A stretch of 55,763 bases of DNA, counting the filler, from Catajapyx aquilonaris (lineage: Eukaryota): NCBI GenBank assembly GCA_000934665.2. It is 2 parts of 2 records of this genome, joined end to end, with 100 filler letters (N's around TTAATTAATTAA, not from the genome) between each part and the next. Parts side by side here need not be neighbours in the genome. Positions count along the whole stretch, not along the records: positions 1 to 27,808 come from JYFJ02004992.1; positions 27,909 to 55,763 come from KZ539263.1. One strand, written 5' to 3'. Of the stretch, positions 24,501-37,013 are shown piece after piece. The notes under the pieces were generated by a model that was given only the letters and a program-made list of their open reading frames with translations, made no database searches and was not told where the DNA came from. The translations under genes were made by a program, and so were the position numbers. Every line of letters begins with the position of its first letter. Position 1 is the stretch's first letter.

Positions 24501-27495
24501 TTTCTTAAAGGACTTTTGGACAAAGGATTCTCTACCTATGGCAACAGGTGTACACCTTTGCCAAGTAACCCCCTGAGTTGCTCAATCTAAACCTGGTGTT
24601 TTTCCATCAATCCATGTTGTGGGGATTACATCCCTGGACTGAAGGGGGTGGGGCATGGAATTGTGCTTTACAAAGTGTCAGGTCTATGCAAAGGTTGAGG
24701 ATGGCTCTTGATCAATTGTTGTCGACTTGAACCCATTAGTTAGCAGCAGAGTGTGAAAAACATCTGTAACTGTTGTGCCGTGCATAGAATGGCAATCCAT
24801 TGCTATAGTTTATTTTCAAGCCATTACAGGCATTGTTGTTATGCTATCATTGATTATTTCTGTTATTGTTACACACATTAATTGTTTTAAAACGTGATTG
24901 TAACTCTTCAAAATGTAAATGATGCAACACCATGACTAGGGCCATCGAGGCCAGATTGTACAACTGAAAGTATAATACCGCTCATAAAGAATGGTACGAC
25001 TCTATGGACAAAATGTTTATCCTGTTCCCAACCCCTGGGTCGCCAGCATGTTTTTAATGGTTGTGGGGAAGGCTGGGAAATGGGAATCGAAATATAGCAA
25101 CAATGAGAAGAAAAAAACAAGGCAAAGTAAGAAAATTTTAGGGGGGAAATTCACATCAAATCTTTGCAAGCATTGCACCTGATTGAACACTTCGGTAATT
25201 TTTTCCCAAGGGAGGGCGCTGAATTTTTAGTCATTTCTGACCACCAGACCTTTCCACTGGCCCCGGGCAGAGTAGGGAATGCAATTCTGCCCCGGCATGT
25301 CGGGTGAAAAGCAGAAAAAGACCCGGCCAAGCAGAGGTGACGGGGACGGGATATGAACCCCGGCCTCCCACTTGGCTGGCCAGTGGCGTAACCGCTAGAC
25401 CACCATGCCTCCCTAACATTTTGGTAATTAAAAATTCAATTAAAATTATTGGGATGGGTCATACGAGTCGCCAGAGGTCCAGAAAAGGTTGTCCGTAGAG
25501 TCGTGTCAAAATAAGGTTGAGAGCATAGCTGGACATTAAGGATAAATCTCTCGTCCATAGTCGTACCATTCTTCACGAGCAGTACTGTACATATTGTAAA
25601 TAGAGCCAGGTAAGATGCTACTCTTCACTGTTATTTCACTGGCCACTAAGGCAGTTCACAACTGCAGGCCATCCGTCAAAGGGGTTCCCACTGCATACCA
25701 CCAGTATTGGTTGGTAGTTTATTCATGTTGGGAACAGCACCACAGCCACCATGGGTTGGAACGCGGTTGGAACTTATTGATTTGTGTGGAGTACTTATGA
25801 AATTATATTAACTGCTGCAGCACTTGGTCTCACCAACTGCCTTCATGGCTCCTGCTTGCATATATGCACTAACTTGATCCTCGTCCATAACGTGACAGGA
25901 AGTGATGACCTTAAAATTTGGTCATTACTTCTGACCCGAACTAGAGAGTGTCAAGGAAGAAATGGGATATGTAACAGGGTGAGAAGGTGTGAGTGGGAAT
26001 GCTGGAACCAAAGAGGTGGTAGTGGAAAGGTGGACAATGAGGCTGACATAAAACATGTGACTGCAGTATTCATGTGAATCCATAGCGAAGGAGCAGAGCT
26101 CAAGTGATGCTTCTGCTCTAGAAGGTGGCACTATTCAGATCTCAAGGATTGCTAATGGAGCTGTCTGTAAGGTTCCTTAGATTGTAGAGTTGTAGACTGT
26201 GATTCCATCTCCAAGTACTCCCCATCCCACCTTCCCCTTTAAGAACAAGAAGCCAAATTGCCAAAGAGTCACATTGGGTCAGAGGCTGCATCAGGTCAGG
26301 AATGCCCGTGCATTTTACAAGAAATCATGCTATATGTGGACAAATGGGAGGGTGCAGTGCACAGCATGTGTGGATTTAATGCACCCCAGATAGAAGTAGG
26401 GTTTAGCAAGAAGCTATTATTAAAAGCTCCTTAATTTTTTGTGGTATGTGTATGAGTGATTTCTTTAGAAGTACTGTGGCACTGTTACAACTTCTCTAAA
26501 GAATCAGAACTTTAAAAAAAGTTTTGGAATATCCCAGTTACAGTAGCTTGAGAAATATCGTAGTACAAGGGCATGTAAATTACTTTAAAACCATTTGATG
26601 TTAACTAGCAAAAACACGGCCTCATAATACTACATCTTTTTGTTCTTAGGATTAACTAGTCCGGGATAGACCTTGAGCCACATAATTTTGTGACGATCTT
26701 TGCTATGGATAAATGATTATTATGTTTCTCATGAACTGCAAATAGGTGCATTCTGTATTGTTGAGAGGTCATGAACTAGACTGCTTCCAGTGGTACAGTA
26801 TTCCTGAGCCCTGCTAAATTTATATTCCGTCAGCAGAACCAAGTGCATTCCGTCCTGTTCAGCCTGCAGGAACCTCCCTTCCCTCTCTCCCCTTCTCCAC
26901 TTCAGACTGCCCACGTGTCCCATTGGCATACTGGACATTTCTGCTGATACAGAATGATGTAGCTAACTTATGAAATACACAGTGTAAGAAGGGTCTAGAT
27001 ATATCTGACCACCCCTCCATCTGCTATCATTTGTGAAAGCACTCTTTAATTCTCAAGTTGTGTTCACCTGTGCAGTGAGAAGTTAATTTACTGTGAATGT
27101 TGCTTATACTGCAGCATGTTTTAAACAATCTCTGTATGAGGAAGTTGGCATTAAATAGTATTGTAACATGCGCTAATTTCTAAGTGAGGTTTGATGTAAT
27201 TTTGTAGGAATTTGCTGAGCCTGATATAGTTACTTCAGAAATTGATGTGTCTGATCTTGATTGTCTGTGTAGGACTGCAACATCAACATTGTAATCTGGA
27301 GTGATGGAGCATCTAAATCTTCATTATTATTATTATTATTACATTCCAGAACGTGAAAAGGGCAAGACTGTGGAAGTTGGCCGGGCTTACTTTGAGACGG
27401 ACAAGAAGCACTTCACCATATTGGATGCTCCTGGCCATCGCAGCTTTGTGCCTAATATGATTGGTGGGGCTGCACAGGCAGACTTGGCAGTGCTG
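15520..27495 (+). CDS. eRF3: Eukaryotic peptide chain release factor GTP-binding subunit eRF3, 3'-partial. Exons 15520-15919, 19114-19728, 27350-27495
   Basis: PAM2 motif [16 protein letters not shown] (15811-15858). G-domain [59 protein letters not shown], then [53 protein letters not shown] junctions in phases 1, 1, 0. The remaining exons lie beyond the contig end. Confidence 0.97.
16174..16453. mobile_element. piggyBac-type MITE
   Basis: TTAA|CCCTGGAACCGT...ACGGTTCCAGGG|TTAA, with internal GGGGTC/GACCCC repeats. Confidence 0.85.
18027..18791 (+). mobile_element. Decayed mariner transposon (boundaries approximate)
   Basis: [18 protein letters not shown] and [23 protein letters not shown] are mariner catalytic-domain motifs; the frame is disrupted. 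Confidence 0.85.
20322..20487. mobile_element. TA-flanked palindromic MITE
   Basis: TA|CAGTGTTGGACATTAATCGAGTCATACTGCTAG ... CTAGCAGTATGACTCGATTAATGTCCAACGCTG|TA. Confidence 0.85.
21026..22457. mobile_element. Tigger-like MITE (outer) with a nested decayed pogo/Tigger element (21257-22390, - strand)
   Basis: Outer ends AGGTTGAGAATCCTTTATC / GATAAAGGATTCTCAACTTG. Inner TA|CAGTGAAACCTG...CAGGTCTCACTC|TA carries the CENP-B/pogo-like remnant [11 protein letters not shown]. Confidence 0.7.
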
Positions 27496-27808
27496 GTCAG
27501 TTGAAAGACAAGCAACTTTTACCATTTAAGCAAAATGCTACAAGGGTCACTCATTAAGTATGCCACACTGGTAAGAGGTGGGTGTAGTCCAAGCATTGGA
27601 GGTGACTACACTATAAGGATACAGAGGGATGATTTCACACTCATAGTCTTAATAAAAATGGCAAAATCATTTGGAGGCCAATAGGATGCAAACATCCCTG
27701 ACCCCTTCTTACCTCAAAAATTTGATAATGTGGAGGGTGAAGGGGTCCATGGAAGAAGGGGGTAAGTAGATCGGAATTCCCATCTACTTACCCCCTTCTT
27801 CCATGGAG

Positions 27809-27908
27809 NNNNNNNNNNNNNNNNNNNNNNNNNNNNNNNNNNNNNNNNNNNNTTAATTAATTAANNNNNNNNNNNNNNNNNNNNNNNNNNNNNNNNNNNN
27901 NNNNNNNN
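27809..27908. other. Artificial contig-join spacer N44-TTAATTAATTAA-N44
   Basis: Exactly 100 bp and symmetric. TTAATTAATTAA places stops in all six frames. The genes on both sides (eRF3 and the TGFBI-like gene) are truncated at it. Confidence 0.95.
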
Positions 27909-28558
27909 TAAATAATAACTTATTCGTGTTTGCCGGGCACCTATAGTCGCCCATATCTCGAAAACGCTTGGCTAATGCGACTTTTTACTTTCACCAATGA
28001 ATTTCCGGCCTGCGATTTACCCCTAGTGTCATTTTCGGGCCGATTGGCCGATGGCCCTACAGACACTTCCCTTGTCAGAGATACCACTAGCACTCAACTG
28101 AGACAAAGAGCTCTTGAGATATTGCCTCACTTTATGTTTCATTTGAACACATCTATTACATTATGGAGTTAGTCTTTGGTATCTGCACAGAGACTTCAAC
28201 TTGTCATATGCAGTGAGTTTCTCTGCCCAAGTTGATGGTTTAGTCACTCCTAGGCCGCCACATTCTAACTCCAGTCCAGGTTATGCACTAGGTTTGGGTT
28301 TTTCTGTACCATTTTGCATGCTGCCTACTGGTTTTACATTACCAGGGATGACCAATACAACAACTTTCCACCACCTTGTCTCCTTGTCATATCTTCAGCT
28401 TGAGCAGAGGAACACCCTGCATGCATATTGGAAACTTGTTTAGTACAGAAAATTTTGCAGCAGGAGTAACAAATTTTTACTGCATTAGTTTTCTTGGAGT
28501 GAGTGCCCCACAATTAATTAATGTAATCCCAGTACTGTAATCAAGACAGCCAACATAC

Positions 28559-31500
28559 CTCTCCTGGGAATCATGACAGCATCCACAAAATGTATTACTC
28601 CATTGGAAGCCATGAAGTCAGACCTGATTATTCGGGCCCCATCAATGTAGTGACCAGTGGCATTGCAGCTCACGTGAACAGACATTCCAGGCCTCAAAGT
28701 CTTAATGCGGCTGTCCAAAATACCAAGGGTTGCAAGGCAATGCATCCCCTCTGCTATGTGCATTTCCAGAAGGGCTGAAAAATTCACAATGTGATTGAAG
28801 ATTAGCTACAAAAAGACATATCCCGCCCTACTGACAATTCTAATGGAACAGTTCATTCATTTAGGTTATTTTCACACAAGGCCACCATGGCAGTGCTGAC
28901 AAGGCATTGCTGCAAATGAAGCCTTTCACACGTGGTGGTGGTGGTGGTGGTGGTGGTGGTGGTGGTGGTATTTTGGCAGCGCTGCCATGGTGACCTCGTG
29001 TGAAATAACCTTACACTCAAACTGACCTGCATCATACCATTATTTGGGCAGATTTGGTCCTTTTTAGCAAAAACAAAAACTTAACTGACACATCAGTATC
29101 CAGAAAAGCTTACATGAATGAAACTTGGCTACAAGAGCCATGTCTTAAAACCCACCTGTAAGTGAAGGAATATCACGCATGAGGCCTTCAACATAGTCTC
29201 CAGGTAGGCTATCAAATGCCTGGTCCACTGGAGCGAATACTGTAATGGGATTTTGCTCTCTCAACAGTCCAGTGCGATGAGCCTGAACAACTGCCACTGA
29301 CAACCTCTTCAGTTCTGGCTCTCTCATGATAACATCTGTGATTGTTGTGGGTTGAATAGGATTCAGGACCCTGTCCAAAGTATGTACTATGCCATTGATG
29401 GCCTCAAGATTTGTGCTCACCATTGGAATGCAGTTTGCAGTCACCAACTGAAACAAAATGACCTTGTTGACACCAACAATGAAAAGTAGCTGGAATGACA
29501 TCAACTGACTTTTCACTATGATCTTGAAAATACAATTCTTTGTAAAACATATGAGAAATGACTTTTGCTACGATTTGAAGCTCCAGTGATTATAATTTAA
29601 CCTGGTATAATATAGATGGCATCCATATCACAAGGGGAGCCAGTAAACAAAAGGGGATCATGACCAGCCCACCCCACAGTCTCTCAAGCCTGATATGCTT
29701 GGAGCTGCATGCAGGACACTCAGCAATGGACAACACAGGAGCTTGCTTTTGAGTGTGGAACAAGTGAGAGCACTATGCTTAAGAGTTAGGACTCTAAAAT
29801 ACTGAAAGGTCTCAGGAATTTGCCATCCTCATCAGTTCCTCACCATCTCTCCAAGGTGCAAAAGTGGCACCACTCACCAAAAAACATTTGGAACTCAATC
29901 ACAGTCAGGGTGATGGTTTTCTTAAATGGATTGTGGCAATGAATGACACATGGCTCCAGTTATAGTGCTCCGACTGTCCTACACTTGACAGAAAGCTCCT
30001 GTGTTGTTGATCCCTTCTTGTTTCCTGCCACCTCTTGCGATCTGGGTGCCATTTATATACTAGGTCAAATTGTAATCACTGAAGCTTCATATCCTAGCAA
30101 AGGTCATATCTATATATGTTACCGTTTTTGAATTTAAAAACATGTGCAATGGCTTTTGATTCAACCCATGTACTATATCGCTCAAAAACATAGAGACGAT
30201 TTTGCATTTGATTCAAATGCAGGCTGCACTTGAGTCAAATGCAAAATCGTCTCTTATGTTTTTGAGCGATATAGTACATACCCGCATTCCACAAATAAAA
30301 CTAGCTTTTTAAGACAGCACAGCAGAGGCTCAATCTCATTTTCCACTAATAGCAGCAATAGCACTGTCACCTAACCCTTTTTATCTAGGGTACTCACCCC
30401 ATTTGCAAAAGTGTTGAATCTCACAACCTGATTGTTGTACAGAGTTGGAACTACTTTATCTGCGCCTATGGAGTTTGACTTAAGCCTGGCCTCTATGGCA
30501 TGGTAGAGCAGCAAAGCAGGGCCATCTGACCCCCAAGAGGTGGACACAGACCGGTTGATGTCTGGCATCTGGTCAGCATCCAGCTCAGAGAAAGCCTGGT
30601 TAAGAGGTGCCAGTAGCGTGAAGGTACCACCTCTGTTGGATAAACTGCGGCCTAGTCCTGTTGCCTCATGGAAATCCGCAAATGTCTCTGCACCAGCACG
30701 TCGAGATGTTTCAACAACACTCTCCATAGGTTGGACTGACAAATGTGACCCAAGATTTAAAAAAAGAAATGCATGATGTAGCAATCTTTGGGAGTGAGCA
30801 AAAGGTAAGCACAGGCTGATAAAATGTTTCTCTGAAACTATGTCCACAGCACTTGATATAATTTTCTTGATGTACAGTAGTTATGTGGTGTCGGTGCATC
30901 TACATCTGGGGCTGGATTCAATAATGGGTGGGAAAAAAATTGGCGGTGAAGTTAATTGTACGGTAATTAATTGCTTTGCCGCATACGACTTGCACTGCGC
31001 ATCTAATTTGCACTTGTAATTAAATCCATTGGCATTAAATCATGCCCTATATACATGGTTTCAGGAAACATTTCACTGATCTGTTCTTCCATTTGCTCAT
31101 GTCCTTGGGGTGGATTCATCAAATGTCATAAGTGGGCGACACGGTGGCGGAGTGGTTAGCGCCGCAGCCTTCCACTTCTACGGTCCCGAGTTCGATCCCC
31201 AGATCAGACAGAGGATACTTATGTGGATAGAGTTTCGATGGGTTCTCTCCGTGTTCGCGTGGGTTTTCTCGGGGTTCTCCTGTTTCCTCCCGCAATCAAA
31301 ATCCATCACAGCAAAGGCAATGATTAAAGTCGGTTAATTAAAAATTATGATCCCCTAAAAAGCCCAAGGAGGCTTATTACAGGGTATCCATTATTATTAT
31401 TATTATTATTATCATAATTTTCGTTGTAACTGGTCGTAACCATAGTTAGTTAATTATTAGTAACTATGGTTACTACCAGTTACGACGAAAATTTGACTTA

Positions 31501-32853
31501 TGTCATTTGATGAATCCAGCCCCTTATATGTACTGTAGTCAACAATGGTGGCAAAAACAATGCAGAGGAGTCAACTAAATAAATGGTATGAATAAAGAAG
31601 CTCTCTCTAAAATGTTATGCCAAATACACAAAAGAAATGTCTTAAAATGTGGCATCTCAGAATATCTGTTGGTGTAAAACACTGTGCAGTAATTGAGCAT
31701 TAGTATTCGATTAATAAGTAACTAACATTCACATTATTCATGGTGTTCTATGTATCTGGGTCATTTTAGTTATCACTAATATTGCACGAAATACAGGGCG
31801 ACACGGTGGCGGAGTGGTTAGCGCCGCAGCCTTCCACCTCTAAGGTCCCGAGTTCGATCCCCGGGTCGGACGGAGGATACTTATGTGGATAGAGTTTCGA
31901 TGGGTTCTCTCCGTGTTCGCGTGGGTTTTCTCGGGGTTCTCCCGTTTCCTCCCACTATCAAAATCCATCACATTACAGGCAAATGATTAAAGTCGGTAAT
32001 TCAAAAGATGATCCCCTAAGAGGCCCAAGGGGCCTATCACGGGGTATCCATTATTATTATTGCATGAAATAAGTTATTTTTGTCTAGTTTGTCATCCGCC
32101 TATCCAGGTACCAAATATAGCAGTTGCTCTGAATCAGGGCACCTGGATCGGGGCATAGCAAGATACGAAAACATAACAAGCTTCAAGCGAAATTTCCTAT
32201 AACTAAAAGGACCCAAATACTTGGAACACCTTGTATATGCCTATTCGCATTTTAATTTCAAGCAGACACTTTGATCTGATAATGCAGTACCAATATGCAG
32301 CAAGACATTATTATTATAGCTGACAATTTTCAAAATAGATGCACCCATGAAAAAAAGTTACTTTTCAATTCAACACCTGACAAACTATTGTGTAACCTCA
32401 GTAATAGTAGACCATGACTTAACACTGTGTGATGTTGAAGTTCATACCTAATGGGCAGCCATTTTCGCCAGGAATTTTGGCATAGCCATGGCAACAGCGT
32501 AATTTCACCACTCTGTCTTGTGAAAAGAGAACATTTCTAGTAAAGAATACTGTCGCACAAGCAGCAAACTTTTAGACAAATGCTAGCTCACGTTTCGTGT
32601 CCGCACACCCATCCTTTAGTCCAAATGCGACTATATTCCTTGGACAAGCCTGGTAAAGACTCAACTGCACATACATTTGGCCTGGAAAAAACAATTACAA
32701 AAAAAATTCAAATGATACAAAAATTATGCACCATCCAATCAGCAACACCACTAACCCTTGCTTCCATGCTATTCGCCTCCAGTGCAGTTCCCTACTGTCT
32801 TTCAGCTTGTCACCAAATGCAAGTGACACAGTCAAAATCAAAAATATCCACAT
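28559..32853 (-). CDS. TGFBI/periostin-like secreted fasciclin (signal peptide + EMI + FAS1 repeats), 3'-partial. Exons 32756-32853, 32592-32681, 32448-32512, 30398-30735, 29156-29447, 28559-28774
   Basis: Spliced translation MWIFLILTVSLAFG...KQG|PNVCAVESLPG...WVCGHET|VVKLRCCHGYAKIPGENGCPL|VQPMESVVET...GTFTLLAPLNQAF...FANG|LVTANC...AINGIVHTLDRVL...ITVFAPVDQAF...SDFMASNGVIHFVDAVMIP. It shows EMI cysteines and FAS1 H1/H2 motifs, and all phases match (2, 2, 1, 0, 1, 1). Confidence 0.92.
28864..29010. mobile_element. Harbinger-type MITE with internal (GGT)n; short relative of 36563-36851
   Basis: TTA|GGTTATTTTCACACAAGG...CCTCGTGTGAAATAACC|TTA. Confidence 0.8.
30168..30279. repeat. Near-perfect 112-bp hairpin (mini-MITE)
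   Basis: atgtactatatcgctcaaaaacata-gagacgattttgcatttga ... tcaaatgcaaaatcgtctcttatgtttttgagcgatatagtacat. Confidence 0.9.
31107..31523. mobile_element. Palindromic MITE interrupted by a SINE
   Basis: ggggtggattcatcaaatgtcataagt ... acttatgtcatttgatgaatccagcccc flank the SINE, with an inner palindrome at 31417-31491. Confidence 0.7.
31134..31412 (+). mobile_element. tRNA-derived SINE, family A (V-domain-like core), copy 1
   Basis: Box A TGGCGGAGTGG, box B GTTCGATCC, core GTTCTCTCCGTGTTCGCGTGGGTTTTCTCGGGGTTCTCC-GTTTCCTCCC, (ATT)n tail. Confidence 0.9.
31796..32058 (+). mobile_element. tRNA-derived SINE, family A, copy 2
   Basis: Same structure as copy 1; TSD attgcacgaaata / attgcatgaaata. 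Confidence 0.9.
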
Positions 32854-35531
32854 GTCTCCTAGCTGCTAAATTTCAATTTTTGCTCCTTCACCAACAAACC
32901 ATGAAACTTGACAAACTTGGGCCAAGCATCAACTGCAAAAGCACTTCCAAATCATCAAATGAAGTGGCCAATGCTCCCTATTCCACACATGCACATACAC
33001 ACACCACACATTCATATATGCCAACAAAAACTCAGCAAACTGAATCCTTATTCATTCCTTAATGGAGATTCCAAGTGAGACCTTGACCCAATATTATAGT
33101 TTGCAGAGAAAAACTTGCTCTTCAAAAGAGTCACAGATATCTGCCCAAATGGTTTCCCAGACGGCCACTTTTTGCATCAAAACAGCCGCAACGTATGTTC
33201 CACTTGACCTTCATTAACCTGCTGTTGCAATAAAGTTGTCGCATCTGCACACGTGTTCAACAATAACTTCGTTTAAAAAAATTGGAAGGCTCATTAAATG
33301 ATCAGTCAAACACATGATGTGGTTCCATTTTTATTACTGAGGACCTTGACTATTTAAAAAAAACACACACACATACAAAGATGCTGATACAGCATAGTGG
33401 TGATACCTGCTAATTACTATCATAAGTTAAACACACACAAACTACAATAGTGCAGAAAATACTGATTCAACAGTGGTTACAGAGGGGTGCTTGTCTGCAG
33501 TCTTACGTGATACTGTTACCTTTTATATCAAAATATTTCTATGTGCAACAGCAGCAGATCCAGTATAATGGTTAGTTCAATTTAATTATTACTCATCTAA
33601 TGCTACTTTGGAATGTTACGTGATGAGCCATTTCTCCTTTAAAATAGTCTAACTCTAATAGTTAGAACCTGGCCGGAAAAAATTCAAAACTACATGCGAT
33701 TGTAGCATTGGCAGTTACTTTTCTTCTTCTTTTAAATCACTCATTTTCTGTCAACTATTTGATCTAAGTGAGCCCATATAGACCAGGTACAATGTGAATG
33801 TTGAAACAAAGGTATTACTCATACACATTGGCCTACACATCAAAACCCAAATACTTTATAAAAGGAATAATAAATTAGGAATGACTTTTTTTCTTTTGGT
33901 ACATACAAAAAAATCACAGTCAACACAGATTCCACATGCTAAAAAAGTAGGAATTCATAAACATGGGAAATAGATCAGGCTATTTGACTCTTTTTTTTTT
34001 TTCAAGTGAACACATTGGCAACTCTAACTTAACTTACATTTTAACGTGGGAATGTGCAAGCATGTCCAATACTCCCAATCACACACTTTCCCAGACACAC
34101 ATGTTGCTCATAACTGATATTTTTTCCCACACAACCCTATGATAGTGCAGTGAAAAATAACTGAAAAGCGGTGACATGGTGCATTCTGGGGCAACACCTT
34201 TGTTTGTCACTTTTGGTACCTTAATTATCTGGACATCAAATTAACAAAACTATTCCCTAAAAGTTCAAATAGTTCCCTTTGCATTGCTTAATGATCCCAC
34301 TATTGGTCACAAGTAATAATTGTCACAAATTATTCCTACACAAACATCTCAATAAAAGAAAAAAATGGTCAGTAGCTGCAATAATCCTTTCCAGACACTC
34401 TTTCTTGGCTTTATCACTCTTACCCATCACTGAGCAAATACAGGTACAGCACTACCTGAAATCCTTGACCCTTGGAAGTACTGACATCAACTTTAGTGTG
34501 TGATTTTTTTGTACTCAGTTGGCACATTTACCTGAATACAAAGTGCCACTCATTTATCCATTCTACAAATCGATTATTATAGCTGCTTTTCAAACACACA
34601 CAAAACACAGGACTGCTGTTCTAAATCAGCCATCATTTTACATAAAGTAAAAGCATAGATAGGATCATAAAAATAATGCTATGACAAATTGTGAATTTGA
34701 GATTGACATTTGTGAAAAGTACTGGAAAAAGGTTCTGCTCTCATATTCCTCAACATACTATCTTAATTATTAGAGACAATGTCCAATAACTCTTCTGACA
34801 GCTGCAACATACTATGGTGCTGATGATAGCATGAACAATATTATTTTCAGTCAGTAATCAATGTTTAAAAATATATCATATTCCCCTATTTACATATAAT
34901 TTCGAAAATGCAAGATATTACACACATGTGAAATTATCAATAAGATGAATTTGCATCCTGTTATTGTGCCTGAATAACTAATTAGTGCATCTGAAATTAT
35001 GATGATTATTATTATTATGCATTGAGATGCAGCCTAATGAATGCTGTGTAATTAATGATCTCTGTCATGATTACTGGACAACACAGTTTCTGGACAGATT
35101 TCTGGTTACACTGGTGTCAGATAATATTTTTCCGCTAGAAAAGTGGCAGAAAAATGAAATATTTCACTGTTGTCAACAATAAGCTATAGTTAGATTTTCC
35201 ATTTTCCTGTCGCTTTTTCAACTGAAAAATGTTGCCTGGCAATGTTGCAACCAGGCTGACTATGGTGAAATTTAATACAGATCCCCTTATTTAGGTGCAC
35301 ATGGGAATAAGAGTAAGTGTGAGAAAAATACTGTACTATTCCACCATTAATAGAGAGCCTAGTTATTTTTCTATTGCCCATGCAGAGTACTGTATATTCC
35401 AAGACCATATTTACACCATTTTAAATGGCAAAAATTAATGATCCAGATGGGTTCGATCATAACTCTCCTCCACAAATCTCCCACCTGTAACCAATTTTTT
35501 CTTCAGAAAAATAGTTGTCTAAAATAGCTTC

Positions 35532-35853
35532 CTAAAGTCCATTAAATGAAAGAACAATCTGACGTCATCATTTTGTTTACCGACTCCTAGATCCTAGTCA
35601 GCGGAAATCTGCCAAACGCACCTCTGGAACCTCCCACTTTTCCTGTTTCCATGGAGATGCCCTCATGCAACAATAGGAGTAAACAGTGTCAACAAAAAGG
35701 AACAATGTTTACTCCTATTGTTGTGTGAGAGCATTTCCATAGAAACAGGAAAAGTGGGAGGTTCCAGAGGTGCGTTTGGCAGATTTCCGCTGACTAGGAG
35801 TTGGTAAACAAAACGATGACATCATATCGTTCTTTCGTTTAACGGACTTTATG
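35532..35853. mobile_element. Fold-back MITE; core shared with 39151-39460
   Basis: ~150-bp inverted arms taaagtcc...ggaaatctgccaaacgcacctctggaacc / ggttccagaggtgcgtttggcagatttcc...ggacttta. Confidence 0.85.
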
Positions 35854-35973
35854 AGCCAGTGATTGGTTAATCTCATTTTATGTTTTTCAATTTATAACTA
35901 TGTAACTGTCAGGTCTTAATTGTTCTTAGGCCCCAGACAGAGTGCGGTTATATTTGCTTGTTGACTTCATATG

Positions 35974-37013
35974 CAGGGTCATCGAAAAAGAATGTTCCAA
36001 TTTTAAAATGCTATAACTCAAAAACTTGTAGACATATTTAAATGATTTAAGTTTCGAAATGCAAAGAAGTGTCTAAGTTTTGGACTTACCATAGTTTTTT
36101 AAATATATGAGCTCCATTTGTCGCTCAAAAAATGTAAATACTGTAAAATGTGTCTTGCCTAGCCCGCTCAGGAATGTCTGGCATTTCTGTTGCAATCTTT
36201 TCCCGTGTGTGCTGGAGATGCCGGACCTTTTCACCATACATGTATATCCACAAAAAAGTCCATCAAGGTAAGAGCTGGGCTTCTGGGATGGGCTAGGCAT
36301 TGGGAAACTTCTAATTCAAGGCGTTGAACACTGGGAGACTGATCAAAAGAAACTTTCCTATGGCAGGTTTGTTTCATGGATGAGGGGACTTTTCATGTGC
36401 ATCGTCAAGAACAATGTGTGTGGTGTAAAGACCCATCATCTCCAGCACCTATGAGATAGGATTACAATGGTAACACCATCATGGGTATCCATTATAATGC
36501 AATGGTAAATGCAGATATGAATGAGCGGGTTTGGCAAGACACCAATTACAGCCTTTTTAAAAGCCTATATTCACACGGGGCCACCATGGCAGCACTGCCA
36601 GCTCTTTGCATTGCTGCAAGTGGAGCCTTTCACTCGTGGTGGTTGGCAGCACTGCCCACGCGCCACCAGAAATGCTGGTGGCGGGCAGGGCAATTTTCGG
36701 CGCTGCCAGCTTCTGCCAGCAGGCTGCGCCGCCACGTGTTTGCATTGAATCATATGAAGCCTTTCACACGAGACGCGACTTTTCATGCGGCCAGCAGTGC
36801 TGCCTTATTTATGCGACGGCGCTGCCATGGTGGCCTTGTGTGAAAATAGCCTTATCTGCCAAGCGACAAATGAAGCTCAAAGTGAAACAAACTGTAGTAA
36901 GACCAAAACCTTAGACACTTCTTAGCATTTCAAAACTTAAATCATTTAAATATGTCTACAAGTTTTAGAGATATAGTGTTTTAAAATTGGGACATTCTTT
37001 TTCGATGACCCTG
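35974..37013 (+). mobile_element. Tc1-like non-autonomous element with ~115-bp TIRs and a nested Harbinger-type MITE (36563-36851)
   Basis: CAGGGTCATCGAAAAAGAATG ... CATTCTTTTTCGATGACCCTG|TA. Decayed transposase C-terminus (FFMCIVKNNV...LQHL*DRI). Inner ends TTCACACGGGGCCACCATGGCAGC / GCTGCCATGGTGGCCTTGTGTGAA. Confidence 0.8.

Noticed and set aside
31134..31210. tRNA genes (also at 13135-13213, 25340-25412, 31796, 38395, 39880-39965, 41506)
   Set aside because: Box A/B are present, but the full copies continue into a shared body, (ATT)n tail and TSD, and the short ones are decayed heads. These are SINEs, not tRNA genes.
32580..33062. 160-aa plus-strand ORF
   Set aside because: It is antisense to the real signal-peptide and EMI exons of the fasciclin gene and has no recognisable domain.
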